NCBI GenBank assembly: GCA_013239625.1
Contig: MU055785.1
Coordinates: 434,001 to 498,000 of the forward strand
Direction of reading: 5' to 3'
Length of the DNA: 64,000 bases
From: Lama guanicoe
Taxonomy: Eukaryota
This document shows, piece after piece, positions 21,901-36,900 of this stretch; within the stretch, counting starts at the first letter, position 1, and every line of letters begins with the position of its first letter. Both the position numbers and the translations under genes were made by a program. The notes under the pieces are model-generated. The model was not told where the DNA came from. It worked only from the letters and a program-made list of their open reading frames with translations, and did not search any database.

Positions 21901-24900
21901 TCATCGTCCACTCTTAATTATAGGAAAGGTCAGAGGGTCTCAAAGTCGGGCTGGCAAATTCCAAGAAAGTGCAGGGGTGGGGGGAAGGCTGGAGCATGGA
22001 GACCAGCACCCCAGGAGACACTGGAGTCGCGCTCCCTGGCCACACGTTGGGAAACAGTCGAAGTGCTATAGTTCCTAAAAACATCCAGTCTTGTCTGTGT
22101 CCTTCAACAGAGTTTAACAACATTTCACTCCACCCCATTCTCCCCACTGCCTCCAGGGGGACAGTACTGACACCCAACTGGTTTTGGGCCCTCTGCTTCC
22201 AGATTTTTCCATCAATTCCCTACCACTCTCCTGGCAGAGTCAACCACTGCTGGTGTCCCTGACGGGGCGGCCGGGCCACCTGCTGCTCCAGCCTCACTGA
22301 CCCGGCACCTGGCCCTCTGTTGTGCATCAGGGCCCAAACTCACTTCTTTGCTACTCAGAGAAAATGCCAGACTATCCTGTGCCCTGTGCTTGGCTGACGC
22401 CGGCCAAGCAGCCAGCCCCTTCCCTTCTTTTCCATTCGACAGTCCCCAAGGCGCACGTGTCACTCCCACACCAAGTCTCCTGCAGGCAGCGGACCCCTAG
22501 TGCCTTCCTTGGCCTCCACCACTGTTCGCACCTACGTCTCCCCCAGGCCCGATCATGCACCGCTGCGGTCACAGGTCCCGTCTGCCTTACCCTGCTGCCC
22601 CAGGAGCCCTAAAGGGCAGTGAGCTGCCCACCAGCATTCCTGAAGGCCCCAAAAAGGTGCACAAGAAAGGTCAACTGGCTGATGTTACTACTTCCCTCTG
22701 GCTGACAACTTTCTACTAGAAAGATGTTTCGCATCCTTCAGCATCTACACAATTCTTCACCTTGACTGACTTTGCTGAAATAAATCTGACCCACACCTGC
22801 CCACACCTGAAATGGCAGTGGTGACAGAAACACTGGCTGGAAAATTCTACAAGTCGAAACCAGTGGATGGGGCAGGTAGGCTGCCACGGTGGTGGATGAG
22901 GGGTGTCCACACACGGGCAGTGATGGGACAGGGTGGGTGTGGGGGCCGGAGGTGGGGAAGGAGCACCCACGGGAGGAGGGTGGCAGTGTCCCACACACTG
23001 CTGGGAGTGGAGCGCAAGTGGCCCTGGGCGGGGGTGTCAGTGCGGGGCGGCGCTGGGCACCCACATCGACGGTAGGCGGGGACGGGGAGGCCAGTGGCAC
23101 CTCACAAGCAACTTTTTCTCCAGTGGCTCAAGCAGAACGCTCCCTGCGCTGCTCTGCATTGTCTGCAGGGCTGGGGCGTCCCCAGAGTCCCCCCGACTTT
23201 ACCTTCCTCATCATCACCCCACTCTTTCTCGTCATCCTCGTCTGCTTCATGCTTGTCCGCGCCTCTGATCTTTTTCTTCTTTCTCAGAGCTTTCTTCTCA
23301 GCCCGAGCCCTCTTCCGCTGTTCAGCCTTTTCTTCTTCTTGCTGGACGAGGGCTGCTTCCTTCTCCGCAGCCTGGAAAACCAGGATGTGACGCCTCAGTG
23401 GATGCAGCAAGGAGGTGAAGTCTGGCTGGTGATGAGGGGAGGAGGGAGGGGACCAGGAGCACGGCGAGGAGGGGGCCTGCCTTCCCCTGGTCAGGGCTCC
23501 TCAGGCTTCCCAGGAGCTGCATCTCAAGTCTGCAAGGAGTCTCACAAGACCCCGGGAATTACCAAAAGGAAAAACCTATAAAACCAGGGCCCTGACTCAT
23601 TCAGGCATGTTCATGTCCCAATCACTAGGCTAAACAAGGCTCTTTTTTTTTTTTAATCTTTTTCATCTATTTTAATAGACTTTAGGGCCAAAATTCCCTC
23701 GCTACGTGAAGTATTTACTGTTGGGGCTTAAATTTAAAGACAATCTGGAAAGATGATGGGCTTAAATATGGATTCCAACATCTCATAAGTAATACTGTGG
23801 GTAAAAGACACTTCTAAGGAAGACCTCAAAGGCTCTGACAAGCATCAGTCACGCCAGTCAAAACAGCTGCCAGAGGTTCCAGATACTTGAAATCAAGAGC
23901 ACCATTACCTTAAGTCTCTGCTCATTAACACGAGCTAACCGAGTTTCCGTTTTCTGAACAGCTATGTCCCAGTCTTCTAACGTACCTTCAGAGAAAAAGA
24001 AACACTTTCACTTTTTAGGATTTCAAAGGATATAATAAGATAAAATGTTCTTAATTTCCCCGCACCTCCAGAAGAGATCTGTCCCAACAAACAGAACTAC
24101 AGAATCAGCTCCCCACTTTCAGAAGATTTCGTTAGCGCAGGTTTCAAGTTTCAGAACTTTAAAAGTCCTCCCAGGTGTGCTGAGAACACCCCTTCTCTTT
24201 CAGAAAAGAGATCTAAAAACCAGAATACAATCTATTACGGGCTCTCTATGGCAAAGATTATGAGAACATTCTAAAGCTAAACGTACAAGACACCTGGACT
24301 AAGACCGAAAGATTTCAAGGACTCCTCAAATGATAGTTTTTTGAGGGGAGGAGGGTAGTAATTGGGTTTACTCATTTACTTTTAGAGGAGGTACTGGGGA
24401 TTGAACCCAGAACCTTGTGTATGCTAAGCATGCGCTCTACCACTTGAGCTATACCCCCCCGGCTTCAAATGATAAATGTTGAGGTGTTTTTCTTTCTTAC
24501 TTGCAGTTGCTGCCTGGGTGTTTGTTTCCAGTTCTGAAGGGTTCATACCCAAAATCCAGACTAACGCCATGGATAAACTTACTATTTCCTTGGGAAACCA
24601 ACACTGAGGCTCTGAAATTCAAAAGGGAAGTACACATGGCCAAAGACCACGTTTCGCCATTTGCCTCTAGGCACTGCTTCGGTGTGCGTGACGCTGGGCG
24701 AGCGCACGGGTTCTTCTGACCTTCAGGGACCCTCCAGCAATGTCCAGAGACGGTTCCAGCTGTCAGGACCGGGGACAGGGAGTGCTACTGATACCCAGCG
24801 GGGAGAGGGAGGACAGGGATGCGGCCACGAGGCGCACGATGGCCACACCAGCGTCACGAGGGGTCTGTGCCGGAGCATCGCCACAGAGCATCCTCACACG

Positions 24901-27900
24901 TGGACAAAAGCTGCAGGACGACCCCTCCACTGGGAGCACCACTTGGGGGGCGGAGCCATGAACACAGACTGTCCTTAAGCCTAGAGTCTTGAGACCAAAT
25001 GGCCCCCAGGACAGACCCCAAGCCAGGAGCAGAGAGCTGAGGGTCCCCACCTTCTGTCCTCTCCATGGTGAGCAACACCTCACAGACGTGCTCTGGGTAG
25101 TCACTGGTGCACTGGACGGCCCTGTGCAGAGCCTTCCTGCAGTGCTGGGTGTCACCGTGGGCCCTAGGGCAGAAAACACACAGATGGGGCCACCAGGACA
25201 CCAGGTGGAAGGCACGCGGAGGCGGGGGCGGGGGCAGTCTTCTCACCGTGAACGCCACGGCCTGGAGCTCGGCGCCCCACCAACCCCTAGCCCCCGACGA
25301 GACGCGAGCTCTCGGAAACAGCCACGGCTATTCGCGTTACCACTTTCAGTGCTTTCTCCTTTTTTCCAGAGAGCCCCCTACTCAAAACGAAAGCTTTCTC
25401 CTAAACTACTCCTGCTCTTAGCAAGCAGGTGCCAGTGGAAAAGGCACCTGGGGCAGTGGTCAGCGAGCAGCTGTTCTGCCTTCACTGCAGTCACGTGTGC
25501 AGCACGTGTCGGGGGTGCCAAGAGCTGGAGGTAACTTGATAAAGCCCCTAGAGAAATTCTAGTCTCACTGTTACAGGGGACTGTCACATTTTGAGCCACA
25601 TCTATCTGCTCCAACATGGAAAGATACACTGCTTATCACAATAGTCATAAAAAACATTCTTTTAATCACAAGTTATGAAACACTACTTTCTCATTTCTGT
25701 TTTTAAAAAATTCTATAAATATACTCAAACACTGTAAATATGTATTGGGACAATAAGAAAAATGTGAAAGCGGTGGATCTCCAAGCGGTGATCCACAGAC
25801 CCCAGAGGGTCTCCAAGACCCTTTCAGGAGGTCTGCAAGGTCAAAGGTGTTTTCATAACGACACCAAAACATTTATTTGACTTTTTCACTGTGTTGACAC
25901 TTGCACTGATGCGGTGCAAAAGCTACAGCGGCTCTCAGTGCAAATCAAGACAGTGCACATCTTGTTAGTGTTCCGTGTGACAAACGGAACGCACACAAAG
26001 CAGCTCTTCACATGCACCTAAGTACGAGGGCTGGAGCAAAGAAATAATCCCTTCCTGTCTGAGCTGCAAGCTGCACTACTTTCTTTCTTCATGGAAGATC
26101 ATTTTCACTTGAGAGAACAGCTATGTGATAAAAACTATGGTTATGCAGACCTGGGTGTTTGGCAGACGTTTTCAGAAATTAATGACGTGAGACTGTCACT
26201 TTAAAGAAGACCACTGACATGTTTTGTTGCTGGTGATAAAACTGGAGTTTTCAAGTGAAAATGAGAACTTTGGAAAACTTGAATCTGCTACTGTGAGTCT
26301 GAGAGCTTCCTACTTGGAAGACTCTTCTGCTAAGATCAGTACAGACAGGAACAAATGCAGTGTTTTTATACCGGATAATATTTGGAAGAGCTGCAGGACT
26401 GAATGTCCGCACTTCCCACACACACGTGCATGTCACAGAGAGCAAAACAGACCAATGGATATTAACGTTAACATGCTGAAAAGTTCACTGATGTGGTTTC
26501 AGATTTCACAGTGCAACCGACAACGCGCTGAATTCTGCTGTACCATGAAAGAATATCCACAATTATCAGAAAAATACCCTCTTCTCCCTTCTAACCTCCT
26601 CTACGTGTGAGGCTGAATTTTCCTTCATTTTCTTCAGTGAAAACATCACAACAGTAGGAATACAGAAGCAGACACGAGAATCCAGCAGTCTGCTACTAAG
26701 CCAGGCTAAAGACACTTGCCGAAGTATAAAGTCATGCCGCTTCCTCACTTCATTATTTTGGGGTTTGGAAAGCGGTCATTTTTCATAAAAATGTTATTTG
26801 TGTTCAGTGTAATGGATCTACTGTTGTGAATTTTAAATGAATAATCTCTTAATCAGTTTTATTTTCTAATATGGTAAATCTTAATAGATATACTTCACAT
26901 AAACAAAAGCTTTTGAGGGGGTCCTCAAATTTTACGAGTATAAAGTGGTCCTGAGACCAAAAAGTTTGAGAATTGCCGATCCAGAGGAATATTCAACGAG
27001 CTTTGATGGCGGTCATCTCTGGGAGTGGGATTTTTTAAGAAACTTTCACTTTCTATCTCACATTTTGGTAAATCTTCCAGCTATTTTAAGTCGAGTACAC
27101 ATTATTTTTTAAATCGGGGGGAAATATTCAAAACAGAAAAAGAATTGTATCTATTGACATGCAATGTCCAAGATACACTGAATTAAAAAGCTGGTCATAT
27201 TCTCTGGACCTTCCCCACGTCATAAACACTATTGAAAACAACGCCTTTGTAACGTGTGCACTGTGATACCGCACTGCCATTTCCCCTTTACGTGAAGCAG
27301 GAAAGTCTCCAAGAATATACCCAAGCCATTAACGGTGGTGGTTGTAAGTGGGTTTGTTGCTGCAGATAAGTTGGGGTTTTCTTCCTCTACTTTTTAGTGT
27401 TTTCTACTTTTACTGACAGAGCAAATATAAAAAATAAACAGCTTCCCCCAAAAGTCAAATAAAACATTCGTGTCCAAAAACCAAAACCAACCAGAGTCAT
27501 AAATTAAAGTAAAGCCAGGGTGTAAGAAGAGCCCAGGCAGAGCACCTCTGGCTCTCTGCGGCCCCGCCCGGTAAAGCCCCAGCCACCAGCGGAGCGGCGG
27601 GAGGTGCAGGGAAGCGGTGTGCTGTGACCAGCACGCCCAGGCCCGCAGTCAGGACAGAAGCCCACCCACAGTGGCCCCCGCCGCTCACCTTTCCAGGTTG
27701 TAGTACTCGAGCCACATGTTGGCGTACTTGGCGTTCCCTTTGGTCATGATGCTGTCCCAGAGCTCCCGGGCTTTCTGCATGTTGTTGCACAGACGAGCCT
27801 ACAAGGCAGCAGCAGGCGGAGTCGGGACAGGGCTCAGACAGACCCCCAGACGTCGTGCCCATGACCAAAGACGCCTGCGATGGTCATGGCTAAAAACCCC

Positions 27901-30900
27901 CCACCCCGAAACTATCAGCGTCAGACAGCACCCTGACGCTCCTAGGCGCCCAGCGTGGTGACAGGCCCAGCCCAAGCACGTGACCCTTCCTGCAGCGACA
28001 AGCTTCAAGCTGGCTGCCCACATTTGCCCGAGACACAAGCACAGGAGCCCACAGGCACTTATGACAGTACTGGCCAGGCGTTTGTGTTTTTATGTTTTTG
28101 TTTAGGCGTTGTTTTGTTTTTTCCATCATGCTTAACAATGAGGGTTTAATTTGAAGGGCAAGGCAGAGAAAGACGGTGATCCAGGAGCAGACGCCGGCTC
28201 TCATCCTCTCTGAGCTCACAAACATCCCATCCCCAAACTACCTGGTATGTGTCTCCGTGACCCGACTTTGTCTCAAGAAGAAAATACTAGAATCTGACAA
28301 TCCTATGAGCTGATCAAGGGCAGTGTTCATGTCTTACTCACCGTGAGGTCCTTGGTCCGGGAATAACCCTGAACTCATTATATCCCCTAATCATCTGTCT
28401 TCCAGACTACACTGAAGCCTCACCGGCACAGGGACAGGGTCTATCTCACGTCCCCGGAACACAGCAGATCGTCTGACAAATAGCTCACCCCGGGTACACG
28501 CTCATCAGTGAGGCTCTGAGCAGGAGGGGACGAATAGAGGGTGTGCCTGGCATTCAGACACCTGCTGCACAACTTCAAACTGGGAGCCAGTGTCCTCCCT
28601 CAGACAGACGAGTGTGCCTCAAGCTAGGGAAATAACACGAGTCCATGCAGAGCACAGACCATCACCTTGGACAAAGGTCCTTCAAAGGTGGATGAAACTG
28701 ACAGATATGTCAGAAACACGCACCTCAATCCGAGCCCAGTTCTGCATAATCAGGCAGCTTGGATCCCCACTCTCGTTGAAACCTTAAAGAACAGGAGGAG
28801 ACAAAATCAGAAGGTACCTCAAGAGATGAACAGCCCTGGGCTGAAAAGGCACAGCAAAGAGGCAACGAGGCAACACGACTGGACAAGGCAGGGGGCCGCA
28901 CTTACGCTCGTCCACCTCCTGTTTCAGGTACTCCAGAGCGCGGGCGAACGCGGCCCGCAGCTCTTCCAGCTCTTTACTGGAGTCTGCGAGAAGATGCAGG
29001 AGGCAGAGCTCGGTGAAACCATATGCTATGTTCTTTTTTTTTTTTTTTTTTTNNNNNNNNNNNNNNNNNNNNNNNNTTTTTTTTTTTTTTTTTTAACCCC
29101 AAACTGAAACTCCCAGGAGCGTGAGATGCACCTGGCACCATGCTGGGGACACAGAAAGAAAACTGCCAGTCTCCCCGACCCCTGCCCCGCCCTCATCACA
29201 CAGCAGGGGAAGAAGACCCAGAGCACATGGTAATGTAAGGACAAGGTGGCAAGGGCGCTGAGTGTGGGACCGCTGCAGAGGGGGCCCCTCAAGCCAGCAG
29301 AATGGCTGATGGCCACCTGCACGAGTGGGCAAATACCAGCTGGACTAGGGATTCTGGCTGCTCTGGGGTTTTTTTGTTGTTTTTTTTTTTTCTTTTTTTG
29401 AGGGAGGCAGGCAGGGGATCCTATGGAGGCTCAATGATTTAAAAGAACACAGCAGTCCTATGTTCAGAACTATTTACGACATACAGGAGGGAGAGAAGAG
29501 AGAAATGAGACTATGGAGGCTGGCAAGAGCCCGTGTAGGATGTAAGGACCACTCTCTTCCTTTACAGTCTATCTGTTAGACTTAAATCACTACAGATTCT
29601 GAGAAAACAAGTTACCCATGGCTGGTCTCCATCATTTGCCCCATCAGGTGGTATTTGGGCAACTGGGACATCCCACCAAAAGACACGTTAAGAAAAAGCT
29701 CAGTTCTGACATGAAATTTCACATGAATTTCAATACCTTGTTTGAAATCAACCCTTCTCCTCAGGTAATCAAGGTACGCCTGCCAGATCTCCACATAATC
29801 AGTGGCTTGAATGAAGCCAGCACTCAGAGCTTTCTCGAAGGTCACTGGAGTTAGAGAAGAAGCCAGGATATGTTGCCAATTCAAAAAGAAGCTAATACAA
29901 AGTTACCAAGGTTACTGCAGAAACCGCTACTGACTATAAAATACCTTATGGTTTTAATAACAACAGGCTGCAACAAAGTGAAACGAGCCAGAGAAAAATG
30001 TTCAAAAGAAAGGCTGCTACAGTGGGGCCCAAACTGGGTTCTAGAAAGGGCACAGCCCACGAGGTGTCCTGCATTCGAGTGCTCCAGGTCGAGTTAGCTG
30101 GAGAAAAGACCGGGACTTCCTGGATTATCACAATGCATATTAAGACATAAAAAGTTCTAAAAAGCCAAAAGGACCACCGGTTTACCTCCCACTTACAGCC
30201 CCTTCTGTCACTATTATTCAATATTCCAGAGTAGCCCCTGGGGGACACTGATTTAATGGCTGTCACAGCTCAGTGTTTCTGACTCGCACAGAAAGTTTAG
30301 ATGTGTTCCCACAAAAACATTCGCACCTGAAATCACTCGATGATCAACTCCGTGTCTTTCCATGGCCAAGAGGTACCGACTCCACAGGGCAACTGTCCAG
30401 GGGCAGTTTCTAACAGCGCGACTGTGCACAGATAAAACCAAATCCTTCACTTTCAGCTGCCGATCCTATGATAGAGAATGCCAGGGTCAGGAGATAAAAT
30501 TTTATTGTTACGACTTCACCATCCACAAGACATTTCCAGCACAGCCAACTGATGAGAGAGATGTCCTTAATGATGTCTCCTGTGACTGGTTTCTTCAACA
30601 AAGAAATCGCAACGGAGACTGGGGGAGAAGAGGAAGAGAGAAGGAGAGGGGACCTACAGATCAAAGAGCTATCAGCCAATCCTAAAGTCCAGATCTTGTT
30701 CAGATCCCAATTCAAATCTTTTATATATACATACTGAAATATTTACCATCGAAATGGGATTTCTGGATTTGCTTCACAATAACATGGAAGGAGGGGACTA
30801 GGTAAGGAAACAGATGAAACTAGTAACATATAGATGAAACTAGACTAGTGCCATTCGTCACTTGAAGCTGGGTGATAATTACTTGTCATTTCATTTCACA

Positions 30901-33900
30901 AACCTGTCTACATTTATGTGTTTACATTTTTCTGTCATAAAAAGTTACAAGAAAAAATTAATCTGTTATAAAGCCATCAATAGTAAGATTGTGCCCTTTT
31001 TTTTTTTTTTAACAGTTGGTGATCAGTTTAAAATAAGTTAAAACACTAGGAGACTTCCTAAGTGAGTCAAGCAGAGGAGCAGCACGCAGCTAACTCCTGG
31101 CACTCCTGATTTTTCCCTTAAAAAGAACCTAAATTGGTAAAAATAAAATGAGATCAGAACAGGCAGGTGATCTTACTAGGTACTGACTGTAGCGGGTCCA
31201 TAAGTCTGGGACGAGGCAGTTCTCCACCAGGGCGCGCTCGAAGATCAACTGAATGCGGGCGGGATCGCCTACTTTCATCTCAAAGTCGATGTATGCTTGA
31301 TACTCGGCCAGCCTGGGCGCTTCTGCTTGCAACTGGGGCAAAGGAGAATCGCAAAGAAGTTGAGATGAGCTATGCGACACTGCGGAAAGCACACACCTTC
31401 ATATTAAATGCTGGCGAGAATGGATACACCCAGGTGAGAATCGCCCATCCCCACTCTCAGACCTCTGCACACCAGCTCTATGAATTTGAGGGGCAGAATG
31501 AGAATACAAAGTGCGTCTTCATGGCAACAGTTACAAAGGCTCCATAAACCCTTTTCTAAATCCATCCCTAATCCACAGGGAATTTAAATCTCCCATCAAT
31601 CAGGAACCTGAATGAAGGAGAAACATCTTTGCCAATGACCACCACTAGCCATCCGTCCAAAATAGATGTCACTTTTTGACCTACTGAGTGGGCCACAACC
31701 ACACGGGAGCAATTCAGTGCCTTGTGCCGTTTCAGGTTTGTCATTCCAAGTATCAGCTCCTGCCCGAGTACAGGTACATGGAGGGGATGGAAGAGGCCAG
31801 GCTGAATGTTTACGGATCCAAAGACAGACAATCAAAATTCTGTTTAGACAAAATCCTCTTATTCAACTGGTATCCTCCTCAGCCACTCTGCTGATGGCCA
31901 AAACAAAATTCAACTGACTGAGGAGTTCACTAATAAGCCTTTGTGAAGTAAAACGAAATACCAATCATTTACACGTGAAAGGAGCATGAGCACACGCAGG
32001 CCAACAAGAGAGTGCTCTGAACTCAATGATGCCACAGAGGCTGCTTCTAGTAATAATGACAAGTCAGGTACCCAGACACACTGTGCCACTGAAAACAACT
32101 AAAACTGCTGAATTAAATTTAAAAAAAAATCTTCTTGCAAATCAACAACCCGCAAATAAACACTTCAGACAAAATCTAAGTGGAGGTAGCTAAGTTAAGG
32201 GAAGGTGAAGCTTTCACTGGCTTAAGAGATATATTAAGAATTCAGTCTTCGCAACAATCCTAGGAGGCAGATGTCGTTTTTATCCCCATCTTTCATTCGA
32301 GATAACTGAGTCACAAGGAGGCTAAGTGCTAGCCCAGGGCGAAAATTCAGACTTGAGGCAGCCTGGCTCTCAAAGTCTGTGTTCTCACTCACAATGCCAT
32401 AAAAGATACCAAAAACAGAGCCGAGAAGCCAAACAAACCTGGAGCAGGATAAATATAAAGATGTCCACAACTGGACTTACTGAAATGAAACTGCAGGTCA
32501 TCAAACCAAACCAATGAGATCTTAAAACTGACCAGAGAAAAAACAAGGATTACCTTCAAAGAAGCAACCATTAGACAGACAGCTAACTCCTCAGCAGCAA
32601 CAGAAGCCGCAAGACAGAAAGATACATTTAACCTCTAAGAGAACAGAACTGTCAAGTCTAGAGTTCCATATCCTGAGAAATTAACTCTCAAGACGGAGAG
32701 CAAAATAAAGACCTTTTCAAACAAACAAAAGCTGAGAAAATCTGTTACCAGCAAATATCCAGTGCAGGAGACCCTAAAGGGTGGACTGTGAGCAAAAGAA
32801 AAGTGATTCCAGAAGAAAGATCTAGGGTGCGAGAAAGGAGGAGAGCAAAGAAAGAGAAATGCACGCAGTAAATGTTAACAGAGTGGGACAGGAGAATGCA
32901 GCACCCACAGTGACACCTGGTGGGGATGGGGAGAAAACAAGAGCTTAAGCCTGAGGAGTAGTAAGTGAGAAGTATTCCAAGACCAAAAGAGGGAAATAAA
33001 TGCCATTCACAAATAACATTGCGTGTGTGTGTGTGTGTATATTATTGTCAACACAAAATCCCCCAAATCTGTTATTACTAAAAAGTACCAATAGCAATAA
33101 GGATTCAGCAAGTTTGATTTAAAAATTATTTAAGAACTGCATTTTGTATACCAGAAACAAACTAGAAAAGAAAACCTTTAAAAAGGTATCACTTTCAACA
33201 GCACCAAAATACACTTAAAAATACATCTAAAAATGTGCTGGAAACACTGGATAAAGTTATAAATTTGTAAAACTTTACAGAAAAACAAGACCTAAATAGC
33301 AGAGGTCTATACCACGTTCATAGGTTGAAAGATTCAATATTTCAAAGACGTAAATTCTTCCCCAAACTGATCTACAGATTCAATGCAATTCTAATCACAA
33401 ATTCAACAATTTCAGTAGAATCTGAAAAGCTGATTCTAAATGTCATGGAAATATTAAGAGCTACAGAAAGCCAGGACCCTCTTGAAGAGGAAAGTTCAAA
33501 ACTTAATTATACAACCACCATCATTACGACACTGTGATATAAACCAGTGGGGCAGGACAGAGAGCCCAGAAACAGACCCACACAGAAATGGACAGCTAAT
33601 CCATGACAGGTGTGGGACAGCACACAAGTGCGGGGAGGAGGGAACTGTCAAAACCAGTGCTGGAGCAACTAACTGCTTCTCCATGTGCAGAAAGGAAACT
33701 GGACCCTCCCTCAGCCCAGACCCAAAGATCAATTCCAGATGAAAGCCTAAGGAGGAACTACAAAACATCAACTTTCAGAAGAAAAACAGAGCCAAGTATG
33801 TTAGCGACCTTGGAGTATGGAGAGATTTCTTAAGCATAAACTGTAAGGGAAAGAATGTGATAAATCCCATTAGATTAAAATCAAGAACTGGCCATCAAAA

Positions 33901-36900
33901 GACACGACTGAAAAAACTGGAACACCACAAGCTTGGGAGGAAAAGTCTGCAATACACACAACCAAAGGTAAGGATTCCCACAAATCAACTAGAAAAAAGA
34001 CAAAACAAAAGACAAATGAGTCTAAGACTTACTAGGCACTTAAAAAAAAGGAGGTGGGGAGATCTGAATGGCCAACAGATGTGAAAAGATGCTCAATTTC
34101 GTTAGTAATCAGGGAAATGCAAATTGAAACTACAATTTCAGCTCCAACAGACTGGCTAAAACGTAAGTACGTCAACATCCCAGGTCGGCAAGAGGAAAGA
34201 GAACTCTCAGGCAGCGTTGGCAGGAGGGGCACCTGATAAGCTGGAAGACAGTTCGGCACTGCCCTGCGAGCCGGAATGCCACTCCCAGCGGCGCACCTAC
34301 ACAAACTCCCTTTCACGTGCACCGAGGGGTTCGGACGAGAACGGTCGGGGCGACACCAGCCCTCCTAGCAAAACGCTGGGAACGACGCAGCTGTCCGAGA
34401 ACACGGCCACACGAGCTGCTCCCACCCAGGCAACCTCACAGCAGGGAAAACAAGCGGACGGAACCACACTTCCCAGCACGAGGAAAAGCCGCAAACACGC
34501 TGCATGAAGGGAAACATGCAGCGCGATACCATTACAGGGAAGTTCAAAACCCAGCAAAACTAAATGGTACGTCAATTAAGGATGCGTTCATCTCAGTGTC
34601 AGGAAAGCGATTCCCTCTCGGGAGAGGGCAGGGGAGGCGATGGAGAGGGGCACGCAGGAGACTAAGTACCGGCAACCTCTGTTCCTTCACCTGAGTGGTG
34701 GGTTCACGGACGCTCACTTTATTATTAGTATGTAAACTGGATGCACACATTTACACACGCTACAGATTTCACAATACAGCAAATGTTAAAGACGTGGTTT
34801 TACTTGCAACTATCGATCAGGGAACAGCTCGCAGAGACGTTTACGGTAGGAGAGGCCAACACTTACCAGCGCTTCCTCGTAGGGCTTGTATTTCTCCAGC
34901 TGCTGCAGTGCCTTGTTATAGCTCTGAATTACCGACTCTGGTATTGGGTCTTCCGACCATTCTTCATACTCTGCAAACGTTGCCTCCATATCTATTGAAA
35001 GATGGATTCAGCCCCGTGGGTCTTGCCCCTGGGTTTTATCCCCCCAAACACAGAATAAACCCTGAGACGCAGGTGCCGCTGGCCCCTCCCACATCTGTGG
35101 CTGCACAGCTCTTACTAAGCGCATCCTGAGCTCTCGTGCTGAGCCTGACTTGCCCTTAGACTGCCTCAAAGCACCGTCCCAGGCTGCCTTGCAACTGATC
35201 AATCAATTAGAGTAAATGAAACTAACAGCCACGCACTAACAAACTCACCTACTGTTAACTTTGTTCTAACACTTCACGTCCATTAACTCATTCACTCCTC
35301 ACAACTCTATGACGTAGGTTTTACTGAGATCCCCATTTTGCAGTTGAGGAAACACAAGCAGCATCCACAGTTAACGGCAGAGCAAGGCTTTGAACCCAGG
35401 CAGTCTGCTCGAGTTCACGCTCCACTCACCACGCGGTACCGCCTCACACTGCTTTGTGAGGTGAGAGCTACAGGCCAGCTCAGTTCTAGCCTGTTTCCCG
35501 TGTCACCCAAGGATGCAACTGGAGAGCCACTTTATAACTGACTGCATCAAATCCAAGTAAACCATAAAGTAAAAAGAGAAATAATACCTGGGCTCAGGTA
35601 AAGTTGCCCAGAGGTTCAGAGGGCATGTGATGCATGACCCTGCCCGGGACCAAGCCAGACGGCGGCACCCACCTCCTCCTGGGCCCAGAAAACCCTCCCG
35701 GCGCTGCTCATGCTGACGCTCAAAGGCTGGGCTTGCCAAAATACGTTCACCCCAAAGGAGAATCCCTCCCCAAGCTCAAGAAACTCAGACAGGAATACTT
35801 CCGATCGCCCAGGCTCCTGAACCAAATCACCCACGGACGACTGGCGAGAGCCCACGTAAAACCCCCACTCTACTAGGGAGGTCACTCTCCATGAGAGAAG
35901 ATGCTTCTAATGGAACTCTTGTTCAATCACGTTTCCCCAGAAAATACAGGGGTCAGTTTGCTTCCCAAGACCCCATCTCTGCCTCCCTCACAACATCTTA
36001 ACACAGGAAACTGGGAGTCAGGGAGTCAGCTTCCAGGCCTGCCTCTGACCCTCACAACCCTCCGGAGCGTTAACAATTCAAGATACGCCTTGTCCAGGGC
36101 GGCACTGCCCAGCGAGGACAAGGAAAGCAGCCCCATCAGCCTCCCGAGATGCGGGGGGAGGCCCAGGCCCTGACGTGCCCCAGCGCGTGTGGGAGCCACA
36201 AGGGGCTGGTGCTGGGTCTGCGTCTCTTACCGTAGAGTGGGATCGCCAGCTGTCGCCGGAAGAGACTGTGCACTTTCTCCAGCTGTGAATCAAAGGTTTG
36301 TTCCCGGTCAAAAGGGGAAAGGAAGCCAGCTATGGGCTAAAGAAGCAAATTCGGAGTAAATGACAAACTTTGGTTCTTCCTACTTCAAAAAACATTTCAG
36401 CAAATATTTAGTTCACAATAAAAAACTCAAAGGACCTCTTATGCATAAGGTGTTGTGCCAAATGCCGCAAGAGGTTCAAAAGTAAATTTCATCACTCCAA
36501 CTGTTGATGAAGAGGGGAAAGCAAGACACAATCTAAGAAACATAGCCAAAAGACTAGCACCAGGTAGAACCAGAGCATCAGGAGAGCAAAGCGTTCCAAG
36601 TATCGAAGTATCGTGGCTTGCCGCGGGCGGGTTCTGAGGGCTCAGTTACTGTTACAGAAGGAGGGACTCAGGAAACACTCCTGGAGGAGCTGGCACCTGG
36701 GATGCGCCTGCAGGCTCCCCAGCTAGTGAGAGAAGGAACTCCGGGTCGGAGGAACAGCATGAGTAAAAGCGCAGCGGCAGGAAGTGCAAGAATGCTGAGC
36801 GGAGCTCGGGGGCAGAGGACACGGGGGTCCACGCCTGACCGAGAGCGCCTCGCATGTCGGCCCGGCTCAGCCCGATGCCTCCGTCAGGGTGCGGGGAGGG

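Noticed and set aside
26224-26610. 128-aa ORF with hAT transposase-like words
   Set aside because: Degenerate Charlie fossil with stops and frameshifts around it; no sign of domestication.
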